Translations under genes and position numbers: made by a program
DNA from: Callorhinchus milii
Taxonomy: Eukaryota
Reading direction: 5' to 3'
Length of the DNA: 64,000 nt
Assembly (NCBI RefSeq): GCF_018977255.1
Contig: NW_024704745.1
Location: 12,214,001 to 12,278,000, forward strand
Shown: one piece after another, positions 12,189 through 25,200 of the stretch
How positions within the stretch are numbered: the first letter of the stretch is position 1
Layout: every line of letters starts with the position of its first letter
The notes under the pieces: generated by a model
Databases searched by the model: none
What the model was told of the DNA's origin: nothing
What the model saw: only the letters and a program-made list of their open reading frames with translations

Positions 12189-14348
12189 TTAATTGCTGCC
12201 ATTTGGGCATGTGAGTTTGGGCCAGATCTAAGAAGTAAAATAGAATCCATTTTAGCAATCATGTCAATGATTAGTACATAGAAACCTGCTGAATGTGTTC
12301 AGTCACTTACCATCCAACCACATATCACTGCCGTCAATAACATACTCATAAGCACAAAGTAGATGGTGAGGCGTATGATGAGAAGCACATAACTCTTAAC
12401 TAGGGTGAAATGTGAAACACATAGACAATTAGAAACCTGACCTGGCACAACAATCTTCGCAAATATTTAGTCTGCACATCATCCAATTGATCTATCTGTA
12501 CACATCAACACCTCCCCACAAAAACATGATTAGACACAGGAAAATAAAACACTGGACCCTGTGATCCAGGAATATGTTATCTACAGCATTCGCCCTTCAT
12601 TTCAAAAGGGTAAGGATTTAAGTTCTGGTCAGTTTGAACTGCCTATTTTTCTGCGATCTGGTAAAAAGTTTTACCAAATTCAAATATCGTGTCTTTTAAC
12701 GCGTTTTTGAAATGTGGTGGTGTTTCCAGCTGAGCTATCCACATACTTTATGAAACGCTTTATTAAAATTCGCTACCAATATTTGTGGTGAGTTGAAACA
12801 CGATATGTCACCTGCTTTGTATCGCATTGGACTTCATTGTATGAGAGAGAGAGAGCTGATAAATATGTATTTATATAAATAGACATTTAGGACAGCAGAT
12901 TTGGTCCATTGTAGAACCATGAACATACATTATGTCAGCTTCCTTCATAGTCATAGCAATTCGGGACAGAATGGAGCACAGTAGAATGCAATCCCTTTAA
13001 TGTAAAGCGAAATGACTTACCGGGGGGGAAGCTGATCCTCTCTGTACCTGGTGGGATGAGGGTGATGTGCTGAATCTGACAGGTGACAGCAGAGCCCAGG
13101 TGCCAGTCAGGGATTTGGAGGCTCAGCCGTGAGCTCATGGTGAAGGTCCCGTCGCTGTTCACTGTGAGAGATGCGGACTCTGTCTCATGCGGTACATCTC
13201 CCGCTACCATCCAGGAAACATTCAGATCTCTTGGGAAAAATCCCGCAGCCACACAGGTCAGAGTCTGAATTCCAGAGGTCCCATTCTCTGGATCAGCTGA
13301 GACACTGATTTGGGGTTTCGCTAAATAAATCATACATTGGAAATCAATCGCCCAACTGCCTGTTGAAAGTTTATATTTGCGCAAATGTGAGATGGAATGA
13401 AGAAAAAAAATGCAGAATCAATAAACCTCCAAAGCACAAACAAATACTAACTGATGTTATGTTTTTTTTGAAAGAAAAGCTAAAGCTTGTTTGTGTTCCA
13501 TTTTTTCACCCACGTCTACAAAGAAATTGAAATAAAACAAGAATTCATTCCTGCAAAAAAAAAAAAAATCCTCAATGTAGAGTTTTGTGCAGTTTTTCGT
13601 GTTTCTCGCATCCTATTCTGGTGCCAGACTTCTGCAGTTTTACATTTTGTCTATTTTTCCGCTGTCTGCAAACACATTTTACCAAATATAAGCATTGGCT
13701 CTTTAATGGTTATTGTTAGTAAAACTTGGTGGTCTCAATAGCTAACAAATAACATATCTATCTACAAGCATTGGTCCTTGGCTTATAATTACCTTGGATC
13801 CTCAGGCCTGTTCCATTCCCGGTGAAGTTTCTACGGGGCGAAGGTTCCTCTACAAGGATCCAGCAGTAATATGTGTCTGAATCATTCACTATCACCTCGC
13901 TAAACACAAGCGAACTCTCAGATTTAGATATACGAGAGGGTTCATCGATGAAAGTTGGCAATCTATTATTCTGAACAGCAATATTGTCTCTTGTTCTATA
14001 CCAATAGTATCTGACAAATGTCAGCTCCTCTCTGGATTCCACAGTGCAGTTGAGCTGAGCTGGCTGCCCCCTGAGAAGGGTCAATGAGGGGACCTGAAGC
14101 ACTTTGACACCGACAGCACTCCCTGTAAATCAAAATAACAATGCAGAAATAATAATCCTTGCATTTGATATAGGCAATATCACGCCTGAGATGTCTCAAT
14201 AAACATCTAAAATAAACGTCAAGATTAACCTGTAATCATTCAATTGGTCTGAGTGGGGAAAAAAATTACAACAAATTTGGAGTGAACGTTGTTGCTTACC
14301 TTGGCTTAAGAAACAGAAAATAAAAACCATCTTACTAAAGTCACGCAT
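12189..14348 (-). CDS. NKp30/NCR3-like non-rearranging antigen-receptor-like gene, copy A1: leader, V with germline J-like motif, C1, TM with Arg, short tail; apparently intact
   Basis: Minus-strand exons, all AG/GT and phase-compatible. Leader 14348-14300 (MRDFSKMVFIFCFLSQ). V 14122-13793 (LNC, YYWYR, DSDTYYC, FTGNGTGLRIQ). C1 13320-13021 (LTCVAAGFFPRDLNVSW, NSDGTF, WHLGSAVTCQIQH). TM 12399-12311 (VKSYVLLIIRLTIYFVLMSMLLTAVICGWM). Probable last exon 12227-12189 (IWPKLTCPNGSN*), less certain. Confidence 0.85.
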
Positions 14349-15584
14349 GATGTTGAAATAAAAGTGTTGGCTTGGTTGCTGACCAGAAATGTATCTCCTT
14401 TAGAAGAGATCAATGAGAGACATGAAGGTGGTCAAATGCAAACTGTCAGATTATATTAATAAGGCGTGTTCCCAATTGAATGGAGACAGGTATGCACATA
14501 CCCACAACTAAACTTGGCGGTTTCTTAACTACAGATTTTACATGAAACCTTTCATCCTCTGTGCCTTCTTTCAGGTTAATCTCTGTATAAGAAAGCTAGT
14601 ATTATTAGTAACCCTGGTATTACTCTCTATGTTGTCTATGCTTATATCTGTATTGCTAATGTGCCTGCAATGTGTTATTACAGTATACCCACCAGAGTTA
14701 CAGTATTCAACTGATTGTTTCAACATGTAATTCACAAGGCACGAATATTAACAGTGATTCTTATATCTGGGAAATTTTGGGTTATGGTCTAGATTGAGAT
14801 CTAGTCAAAATCTCACAATAGAAATAGTAAGCATTATTGTCTGGTTGCTAAGATGAGGAGGGTATCTGATCACTTTTCATCAATGTCTTGGAGCAGAATA
14901 CTATTATGAATATTATACAATGCGCAGCTTGACTGCACAATTTAGAAATTTTAACTTGTTTATCTCACTGTAACATTTTGGTAGATTTTTATGCCAAAAG
15001 TGTAATTTCAGTGATTGTTTATTATTGTTATATTTATGGCAATCTTTAGTGAGTGAAACTAATAGCGATTTGAATTGTTATAACGCCTTCCTTTTGAAAA
15101 TAAACATCTTGTGGTACTTTACAAAATAGAACTGTTGAGAAATGTTGTTGTTACATAGACAAATTGAGAATATGCAAAAAAAGATATTTTTCATGAGAAC
15201 ATTTTGTCAATTAGCATTTAATAATAATGTGCTGTATTACTGTAGTATTGCAGCACACCAGTTCTCATATTTGTTGGTAATTTACATGTTTTCTGTGAAG
15301 CCATAATTCAAGATATGTCTGCAGCAATAATGTAAAACATAAAAAAAGGCTGAAAAACAGGAAGTCATTGTATAGAAATAAAGACGAGTAGCTGTTTTGA
15401 ATTGTGGTTGCTTTTCTTTAATGATGTTTTTAAAAGCTTAGACGCGCAACAAAATATGATCCACAAGATCTTCATGCTGATTTTAACCATTTAGAAGTCT
15501 GCCAGTGTGGCATAAGCTTTCAGAACTAACTATGGCTGGTGGCTTATGATCTTTGCTATTGTCGAATTTAACAATTTGCAAGAA

Positions 15585-15674
15585 TGCGAATATATACAAC
15601 TATTTTTCTAAATGGTAACTGCAATGTTTTGCGAATATATACAACTACTTTTCTAAATGGTAACTGCAATGTTT
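15585..15674. repeat. Tandem duplication of a 45-bp unit (2 copies)
   Basis: tgcgaatatatacaacta(t/c)ttttctaaatggtaactgcaatgttt at 15585 and 15630. Confidence 0.85.
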
Positions 15675-16469
15675 CACTTCTAAGAGGTGTGATTATACCA
15701 CCATTAAACAAAGTTATAAAGTGCATCGATGATAGCATTTGTGCATAGTAGGCATATGATGTGATATTAGCAATCTGTACTTTTCTGAAAGACATTGTCA
15801 TCTAGTAAAGTGTCTTACAAGATCACTTAACCTGTTTTAAAACAAAATTATCTGCACGAATGGAAAAGTTGTTCCTCATGTCACCAATCTTTCAAAGGAG
15901 GAAGATGGCTTGTGTGGAAGGGGAATAGTGTTGGTTGGAGAAATAAGGAAAATTTACAAACATTCAGTGTTTCTGAATTATTTTTCAATAATAAATAACA
16001 ATAATAAATTGGTCATTTTCAATCCACGACTGCTGTGGAAGACTGCTGTGCGCAATTGGCTGCCGCGTTTTGCCCACAACTATACAGTCAATTCACTTTA
16101 CAGTATATTCTGTGAAGCGCTTTGAGATGTCTAGAAGACGTGAAAAACGCTACATCAAATGGAAGGATTATTATTATCTTTTATTATTATTTTCACAACA
16201 TTAAAATGATTTGATTGATTCCTATATTAAACAATGTTATGTATATCATTTATACAGATTATTCAGAACTGTGCATCTCATGTCCTCTCCCACACCAAGC
16301 TCTGTGAGTTTCACCCGGGTTCACTGGCTCCCCAACCTCCAGAAGATTGGGTTTAAGATCCTCGTCCTCTCAAAGACCTCCGAGGTCTTGCTCCTCTATA
16401 CAGGGAGTTCGATCTACTACCACCTTACCAACCTTCCTGCTCCCTACAATCATTGGGCAAGTTGGGAGG

Positions 16470-17230
16470 GAGAGGCTTTTAAGAGCTAACAGTGAGGGGA
16501 GGGGGGAGGCAGGGCAAGGAAGACAAAGGAGAAAATGGGGTAGAGGACAGGGGATGATGGGTTAAAGAGGTGTTAATGATGCTGAACAAAGGGGGGATTG
16601 CAACAAAGAGGGGGAATAGAGGTGTGAATACTGCAGGACAGAAGTGGGGGGAAAAAAGAACTTGCAACAAAACAGGCAGGTGAGGGCGAGAAAAGGTGTG
16701 TTTGGGACTTAGATGATGTGGTAATGGTCACAGAAGAGGGGGAGTGGGAAGGTGAGCTGTTATGGTCTGAAATTGTTGAAATCAATATTGAGGCCAGAGG
16801 GCTGTAAGGTCCCTAGCAGATAAATGAGGTGCTGTTACTCAAACTTGCGCTGTGGCTTTTTGAAACAACGTAGAAGACGGTGGATGGAAAGGTCAGAGTG
16901 CAAGTGGGAGGGAAAGTTGAAATGGCAAGAAACCGGAAGCTCAGGGTTGTGCTTGCGGACAGAACGGAGGAGTTCGGCAAATCGGTCACCCAATCTGTGT
17001 TTCATCTCCCCATTGTAGAGGAGACACATCGTGAGCAGCGAATGCAGTAAACTACATTGGTGGTAGTAAATCACTGTCTCACTTGAACTCTGTGTTTGGG
17101 GTCCTGGACAGTGGTACGTCAGCGCTTTGGGACGTCCTCCCGACCTGGAAGCTGCTCTATAAATGTAATTTTGTTGTTGTTGTATGGGAGGAGGTGAAAG
17201 GGCAGGCATTGCATCTCCTGCGCTGACATA
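16470..17230 (-). mobile_element. Penelope-like element fragment (GIY-YIG endonuclease region), interrupted by an L2 tail at about 17119-17183
   Basis: ORF 16835-17209 LYNGEMKHRLGDRFAELLRSVRKHNPELPVSCHFN; closely similar to the + copy at 58-59 kb. Confidence 0.8.
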
Positions 17231-17239
17231 CCACTTGTT

Positions 17240-17560
17240 GAGTCCTGCAGCTCAGTGGTTAGAGCACTCGCTTTGCAAGTGAGAGTCCTGAGTTCAATTC
17301 CAGGCAGAGGGCGATACCTTGGGCAAGTTTCCTTACTCCACACAGAGCCTAATAATAATCCCTCCAAAACCCAAAACAATAGTAAATTGGTCATTTTCAA
17401 TCTACGACTGTTTGTGGGACATTGCTGTGTGCAATTGGCCGCCGCGTTCGCCCACAAATATACAGTCAATTCACTTTACAGTGTGTTCTGTGAAGCGCTT
17501 TGGGACGTCCTCCCGACGTGAAAAGCGCTATATCAAATGCAAGGATTATTATTATTATTA
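17240..17560 (+). mobile_element. tRNA-derived SINE, short (young) subfamily, full length
   Basis: A/B-box head, conserved core, L2-type stem-loop tail, (ATT)n. Confidence 0.9.
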
Positions 17561-17730
17561 TATGGGTAAAGCGAGTCGACTGCATGTTTGCGGGCGAAAG
17601 CGGAATCGTTCGTTCTAACGCGAGAGGAATATCTCAAAGAGCTTCACAAAGCTGTCTGGGCGCGAGTCCCTGCCTCGGGTGTGGGTTGAAGAAGAGAAAA
17701 GAACAGTGGAGTGGAGTGGGCATCATTGGT

Positions 17731-18057
17731 GGAGTCCTGTAGCTCAGTGGTTAGAGCACTCGCTTTGAAGCGAGAGACCTGAGTTCAATTCCAGGCAGAG
17801 GGTGAAACCTTGGGCAAGTTTCCTTACTCCACACAGAGCCTAATAATAATCCCTCCAAAACCCAAAACAATAATAAATTGGTCATTTTCAATCTACGACT
17901 GTTTGTGGGACATTGCTGTGCACAATTGGCCGCCGCGTTCGCCCACAAATATACAGTCAATTCACTTTACAGTGTGTTCCGTGAAGCGCTTTGGGACGTC
18001 CTCCCGACGTGAAAAGCGCTATATCAAATGCAAGGATTATTATTATTATTATTATTA
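17731..18057 (+). mobile_element. tRNA-derived SINE, short subfamily, full length (tandem with the previous copy)
   Basis: ggagtcctgtagctcagtgg head to (ATT)n tail; nearly identical to 17240-17560. Confidence 0.9.
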
Positions 18058-18059
18058 CT

Positions 18060-18400
18060 ATTAATGCCACCGGTCCTCCAGGGCTCTGGGGGCAGCAGGT
18101 GCTCCCCCGCGCCGCACTGCTCTTCGGGCTCAGTTCGGATCCTCTCGGCTCCGCTCGGCTTTCCTCCCCCCCCCCCCCCCCCCCACCCACCCACGTGCCC
18201 TCCCCCCATGGTCCCGCCTACCGGCGCCCGATTGGTTGGAGCGGTGTGAGTGCGCGGCCGCCGATTGGGCGGCCGGGCCGTCCATCAGGGGAGCGGCTAC
18301 ATTGTGGCCAGGACTGGGAGTGGCAGTGGGGAGTGTTACAAGTGGTTTGGTCTCTGCAGCTGTTCACAGGGGCACTGAGGGTCTGCAGTCTCTGATGCAC
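18060..18400 (+). promoter_or_regulatory. CpG/GC-rich island, probable TRIM45 promoter
   Basis: High GC and CpG, two ATTGG (inverted CCAAT) motifs and GGGCGG boxes about 1 kb upstream of the TRIM45 ATG. Function is inferred. Confidence 0.6.
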
Positions 18401-18455
18401 ATTCACACTCACTCACTCACACACACACACACACTCACTGACTCTCACACACACA

Positions 18456-18625
18456 NNNNNNNNNNNNNNNNNNNNNNNNNNNNNNNNNNNNNNNNNNNNN
18501 NNNNNNNNNNNNNNNNNNNNNNNNNNNNNNNNNNNNNNNNNNNNNNNNNNNNNNNNNNNNNNNNNNNNNNNNNNNNNNNNNNNNNNNNNNNNNNNNNNNN
18601 NNNNNNNNNNNNNNNNNNNNNNNNN
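18456..18625. other. Assembly gap (170 N) next to a (CA)n repeat
   Basis: Run of N. Confidence 0.99.
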
Positions 18626-19019
18626 CTAAAATATGTTTCTGCAGCTGAACTCTGGAGCAATCACTCCCTCAGGGAGAGGCGAGTGGGACATTTTTTGCTG
18701 TGAATATTTTGGGAAAACAATTGACTGGGGTGTGGTTTGAAAGTCTCTCTCATGTCTCTGTTGTGTGAGATTTCAGGGGAGTTGAAAGATATCTTCAAAG
18801 GCGATTTGGGTTGCAAATTCCACGCATTTTTGGAGTCCGGGGGTAGGGGATTTTTTTTTTAAAAAAAATGAAATGAAGAAGGATTCAGATGCAACATCTT
18901 TAATTTTTTTTTAAGAGGGACGAAGCAGACTGAAGGAACGCGTCTGGAAGGGGGAAAAAAAAACACGTATTAAGGGAATTTGTAAACGGTTACAATTGAG
19001 CAAACTGAATCTGCTCAAA

Positions 19020-19213
19020 CTTAAGTTTTTGACCGTGCCTTCGGCTCCCCTCTCGACTCTCTACCCCCTCCTCGCTCCCTCCCTTCCCTCCCCTCACCCT
19101 GACCATTTCCCCCCCAATGCTCGGGTCCTGACCCAACTGTCCAGCGCCTTGGGACGTCCTCCCGACGTGAAAGGCTCTCTCAATGGAATCTTGTTGTTGT
19201 TGTTGTTGTTGTT
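19020..19213 (+). mobile_element. L2 3'UTR/tail fragment just upstream of the TRIM45 start codon
   Basis: gcgccttgggacgtcctcccgacgtgaaaggc...(TTG)n. Confidence 0.85.
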
Positions 19214-19242
19214 AGTGGCATTGTGAGGTGGAGGTTTCCAAA

Positions 19243-22200
19243 ATGTCAGGAACTGAGGACAAGTCACAAACTGCCTCTGGTAAGACATTTCCACTCTCTT
19301 CCAATGTTGAAGAAGCTTCAGGCAGCTGTGGGACCAAGTGTTCAGTTTGTAATCATCTCTACAGAGATCCGAGGATCTTACCCTGTCTTCACACACTGTG
19401 CCTGGAGTGTGTCAGGGGCTTGAAGCAGTTCTCTATTCCCAGGGCTCAGAGGGAGGATGATCGTGGACCTGGTGTCTCAGTGGACCATTGTGGACCTGAA
19501 GCTGTCATCCTGTGCCCAGTCTGTGATTGTGAAGTGGATTTACCAGTTGCTGGAGTGGAAGCATTGACCAGCAACCAGTTGATTCTCAATGAGGTCTTAC
19601 TGGAACGCATACAGAGAGCTGATTCTGGGCTGGTCTGTGATCTGTGTAATGATGGGGATGCTGAAAGAAGATGTGACATGTGTTGTGTAAATCTCTGTGA
19701 CTTCTGTTCCAAAGCACACAGGTAAGGTACTGTTTGGAAGGGGCATCAGATTGCATTTCCCCTTTTTTTTTGCAACTGCAAAGTAAATTAAGTCGTGACG
19801 GGCAGTGAAACACGATGATTGGACTAATACTTTTAGCCTGTCTTTATACTTTTGCTCAATAACTTTCTCTAATTGGTTTTTATGGTGTTTGTTTGATTTA
19901 CACACAGATTAATGATTGTAGTGTAGTATACGTATTAGGAAAGTGATCTCATCCATGTTGTCATCACCTGTGCTGCTGGTACTGCACATCTTTAGGTTCA
20001 GAGGCTGGATGAAGGGTCAAGGTCCATTAACACAACAACCAGCAATATAGAAAGCAGAAACTCAGTGAGTGAAGTAGTTGGTTTTTGTCACGTTTGGAAT
20101 TTAGTAATCTGTAAATTATATAAAAAAGTGAAAGGTGAGGGAGCTGAGAGGCATTTCACAGTGGTGAAGTTGAATAAATTTGAGACGAGACAGTGAATTA
20201 AGTTTTGATTTCAACAACATGACCATGGAGAGCGCGGGAGAGGGAACGGCCAATAATAGTCAGGCTGACATACCTTGTGCACCACTTTGAAATCAGCACT
20301 ACTATGGTCAACTTTGCGATTTTATTGTTAATATTCTCATTATGTTATAGTTTAAAGGAGATTGATATTTTGTTCACCGAGTATTTTGTCAAGCCATTTT
20401 TGAATAGTCTTAATCCCAATTGCACTGATGACTATAGGAACTATGTTTGTTTTACATTGCCACATAAGTGCACATTCAATTTATAGATTGATATGTTTCC
20501 TGATTTTCTCTAGTTCCTTGCATTTTGCATTATCACTTGGGATAGCCAAATCGATAGTACTACATAACATAACATGTAGGAGCAGGAGTAGGTCATTGGG
20601 CCCTTCAAGCCTGCCCCGCTATTCAATCATGGCTGATCTTCTAATCTAACTCCAGCTAATAACCTGACCCTGCCTTATCCCCATATCCCTTAATTCCTTT
20701 TGCAATAAGAAATCTTATCTATCTCAGTCTTGGATTTGTTCAAGGACTAAGCATCAACAGCCCTTTGGGGCAGTGAGTTCCATACATTCACCGCCCTTTG
20801 AGTGAAGAAGTTCTTCCTCAACTCAGTGCGAAAGTGCTGGCCTCTGATTTTAAGGTTGTGACCTCTGGTTTTAGTTTCTCCAACCAGGGGAAACAATCTC
20901 CCACTATCTACTCTATCACACCCTTTGATGATCTTATAGGTTTCTATAAGATCCCCTCTAATTCTTCTATATTCTAGAGAATATAGGACCAAGTTGGTCA
21001 GCCTATCCTCGCAACTCAACCCCTTCGTCCTTGGTACTAACCTAGTAAATCTACGCTGCACCCCCTCCAAAGCAAGTACGTCCTTCCTTAAATGAGGAGA
21101 CCAAAACTGGACACAGTATTCCAGGTGTGGTCTCACCAGGGCCCTATACAGTTGCAGCAAGACTTCCCTACTCTTATACTCTAATCCTTTCATAATGAAT
21201 GCTAACATACCGTTCGCCTTCCTAATTCCTTGCTGCACCTGCAGACTAACTTTCTGTGATTGGTGTACAAGGACACCCAAGTCCCTCTGGACGCTAACAC
21301 ATTCGCTAACTACATGTACAATCTATTTGATTTTTTTTATGATAGTGTATGATCTGTTCTAGCAGATTGTCCTGTTCTGTAATCTGAATCCCAGATTATT
21401 GTGATGTTGTTTCTCGATGTAACTTTTGCTAGTTGATGTTTACAAATTGTCCAGTGAATATTATTATTATGTTGTTGTGAGGGTCAGCCAGAACAAAAAT
21501 ACTGCCATGTTACACTTGAATAACTGTTACTTTTCTTAGTAATTGAACTTTCTGCAGGAAGTGCACATTTTGTGCACTGGGTATCTGTCAAGCTATTTCT
21601 GAATTGTCTTATTAACGGTCCCAGTTGCACCAATAATTATAGGAACTATGCTTGTCTTGTACTGCCATGATTATGAATATATTAACCTTTTCTTGTTATG
21701 TATTCCTCCTCCAGAAGGCAGAGAAAAACTGCTTCCCATGTTACAGTGGCCCTGAGGGATCTGAAATGTGGCAAGGGAAGGATTTCTAAGCCCGTGCTTT
21801 GCCCATTTCACCCAGCAGAGGAACTACGGCTGTTTTGCGAGACGTGCGATCGTCTGGTGTGCCGGGATTGTTGTATGGTGGAACATCGTGACCACCGCTG
21901 TGATTTCATTGCTAACGTTATCAACAAGCATGGCGATTTTATTCGAGAGTTGCTCAAACAAACACAACCGCACGTCAGGCAACTGCAGGAGACGTTACGT
22001 GACATCGGCAGAGCCAAGCTGCAAGTGCGAGAGCGGACCAAAGTAATAGCCGAAGAAATTAAAACGTTCACAGAGTATTACATCAAGGCTTTGGAGGCGC
22101 ATCAAGGTAGACTTTTGAAAGAGTTGGAAGAGCTGAAAATTCACAAGGAGAATTCCCTGCATTTGCAGCAGATCCAGTTGGAGCAGATGTTCTCGGATGT

Positions 22201-25200
22201 GAAGACTGGTGTGGATTTCACAGAGCACCTGCTGACCAGTGGCTCCCACGTGGAGATCCTACTGACCAAGCATGTGGTGGTGAAACGGCTGAAGCAGCTA
22301 CACCAGATCAGTTACAGTACTCGCCCAGGAGAGGACGATGCAATACGATTCGAACCTCAGGAGAGGGCAGCACAGTGCAACGGGCTTGAAGTGTTTGGAG
22401 TTATTGTCACAAAGGCAGTTGATCCAAACAAGTGTGTTCTTCAGGGGGAAGGTGAGCTAAAAAGACCAGAATGAGTCTTCAAGTGCAGAATAGTTTGATA
22501 ACGTGCTGAGAAGGTCTCTAAGCTCTTTCAAAGTTAGCTAGAAAGTGTAATGACTGTGTATTTGTAGGCAGATATGGGAGCCGATTTGTGCACAGCAATG
22601 TCCCACAAACAACCATGAGGTGAAAAATACATTTATCTGGAGCATTGTTGGCCAGGGCACTGGGAGCAACTCCCTTCTCTTTTCAAAGAGTGCCAAGGGA
22701 TCTTTAAAGTCCATCTGGTTTAATATACATTGGAATATACAGCACAGAAACGGGTCGTTCGGCCCAACTGGTCTATGCCGGTGTTTATGCTCCACATGAG
22801 CCTCCTCCTGCCCTTCCTCAACTAAGCCTTCAAGCATAACCTTCTATTCCTTTCTCCCTCATGTACCTATACAGCTTTCTCTTAATTACATCTATGCTAT
22901 TTGCCTCAACAATTCCTTGTAGCATGTTCCACATTCCCACACTTGTTTTGAAGAAATTTCTTCTAACTTCCCTATTTGATCTATTTGTGACTATTTTATA
23001 TTGATAGCCCCGGGGTTTGGTATCCCTCACAAGTGGGAGCATCTTCCCTATGTCTACCCTATCAAAACCTTTCATCATTTTAAAGACCTCTATCAGGTCA
23101 CCCCTTACCCTCTTTTCAAGAGTCCAAGTATGTTCAGCCTTTCCTGATAGGTATAACTTCTCAGTTCTGGGATCATCCTTGCAAATCTCCTTTGCACCCT
23201 CTCCAGTACCTCTACAACCCTTCTATAATGTGGGGACCAGAACTGCACACAATATCCTAAGTGTGGTCTAACCGAGGTTCTATAGAGGTTTATTGTAACT
23301 TCCCTGGTTTTCATTTCTATCCCTCCAGAAATGAGCCCCAATAATAATAATAATCCTTGCATTTGATATAGCGTTTTTCACGTCGGGAGGACGTCCCAAA
23401 GCGCTTCACAGAACACACTGTAAAGTGAATTGACTGTATATTTGTAGCGAACCCGGCAGCCAATTGCGCACAGCAATGTCCCACGAACAGTCGTAGATTG
23501 AAAATGACCAATTTATTATTGTTTTTGGTTTTGGAGGGATTATTATTAGGCTCTGTGTGGAGTAAGGAAACTTGCCCAAGGTTTCGCCCTCTGCCTGGAA
23601 TTGAACTCAGGTCTCTCGCTTGTAAAGTGAGTGCTCTAACCACTGAGCTACAGGACTCCACAAATATCTGGTTTGCTTTTTTTATGGCCTTATTAAGCTG
23701 CGTTGCTACTTTTAGTGAATTGTGTATGTGTACCCCTAGATCCCTTTGCTCCTCATTTAGGTTTTTATTTTCCAGGATGTATGTGACTTCCGTATTCCTT
23801 CTACCAAAATGTAACTTCACACTTTTCTACATGGAAATGCATTTGCCATTTAAATGCCCACTCAGCAAGTTTATTAATGTCTTGCTGTAATTTGTTGCAT
23901 TCCTCCTCTGGTATTAACTATTCCACCCAATTTGGTGTCATCCGCAAATTTTGAAATTGTACTGCTGATTCCCGAATCCAAATCATTAATGTATATTATG
24001 AACAACAGTGGTCCCAATACCGATCCTTGTACCCTACCCTTTACCCCTGCTCTCTGTTTTCAGTTTTGCAGCCAGTTTCCTATCCATTCTGTTATTTTTC
24101 CACATGCTCTTTCCTTAACAGCGCCTTGGGATGCCCTCCCGACATGAAAGGCGCTATACAAATGTAATCTTGTTGTTGTTGTATTCATTAGTCTATTTTG
24201 TGGTTCCTTATTGAGCCTTATACTTAGCTGGAAATTCATCTCGTGGTGTAAAATTATACTTCTTTATGCTGTATTCTTTTCAGCTAGGGAAAATTGATAT
24301 ACTAAAACACCGGCTAGCCGGACAAGACAGCCCAGCAAGAATATTACTGCTCAGATTGTTGTTTACATTCCAACCTTCATCTGTTGCCTGTGAATTATTA
24401 ACCTGGCCGAACAACAACAAAATTGCAATTATATTGTGTCTTTCATGTCCCAAGGCATGAGACAATGAGGGTTTTGCACCCAAGCTATAGGTTGGGATCA
24501 GAGAAGGGTGGAGGGCATGGAGTGGAAGAGGGAAGATGACCAAAGGCATGGTTGAAACGGAATATCTTTAGATGGGCCTTGAAGGAGGGACTCTGAGACA
24601 CAATTCCAGAGGCTGGGGGCAGAAAGACTGAAGGCCTGACCCTAAAAAAATGTTAAACAAGACACCAAGGTTCGTACTGGTTCAGCAAGGCGGAGAATGC
24701 ATTCATGAACAGTTATGTTGTCAGCGCCTGAGGTGGGGAGATGCTGATGGGAGCCAAGCAAGAGAGCATCAGTCTTTTTGATGTCAGCCGAGAGTGACCA
24801 CTATGGTTTTACTTCACACTTATGTCAAACTGCCTGGTTTTATTTCTCACACTAGTGACAGACTGGATGAATAAAGTGGTCAACAGTGTCAAAGGCAACA
24901 GAGCGATAAAGAAGGACAAGGAAACAGAGAGAGCCCCAGTCATAGATAGACAGAATGTCATTTGTAACTGACTAAGGCTGTCTCCGAGACACCGTCTGGC
25001 GTGAAGGGTGCTATATAAATACTCGTTGTTCTTGTGTCTGTTCTATGGGCAGAAACCAGATTAGAGAGGTTCAAACAGGAAGTGGTGGGAGAGGAAAGAG
25101 AGAAGCTGAGAAGCAACAACTCGTTCGTAGATCTTGGAAAGGAAAGGTTGGAGATCGGTCAGTAGTTTGAGAAGAGAGACTTGTCTTCTGTCTTTAAGGA

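Noticed and set aside
12935-13020. A1 read-through tail as an IgM-like secretory tailpiece (GK...CY)
   Set aside because: GK is forced by the G|GTAAG donor, CY is not terminal, and the motif is not shared by A2 or A3.
13021-13320. C1 exons as MHC class I/II or tapasin genes
   Set aside because: No peptide-binding-domain exons; the leader splices directly to a V exon; tapasin's extra N-terminal domain is absent.
17240-17320. tRNA genes at the SINE heads
   Set aside because: The A/B-box heads continue into the SINE body in more than 15 copies; they are SINE promoters, not free tRNAs.
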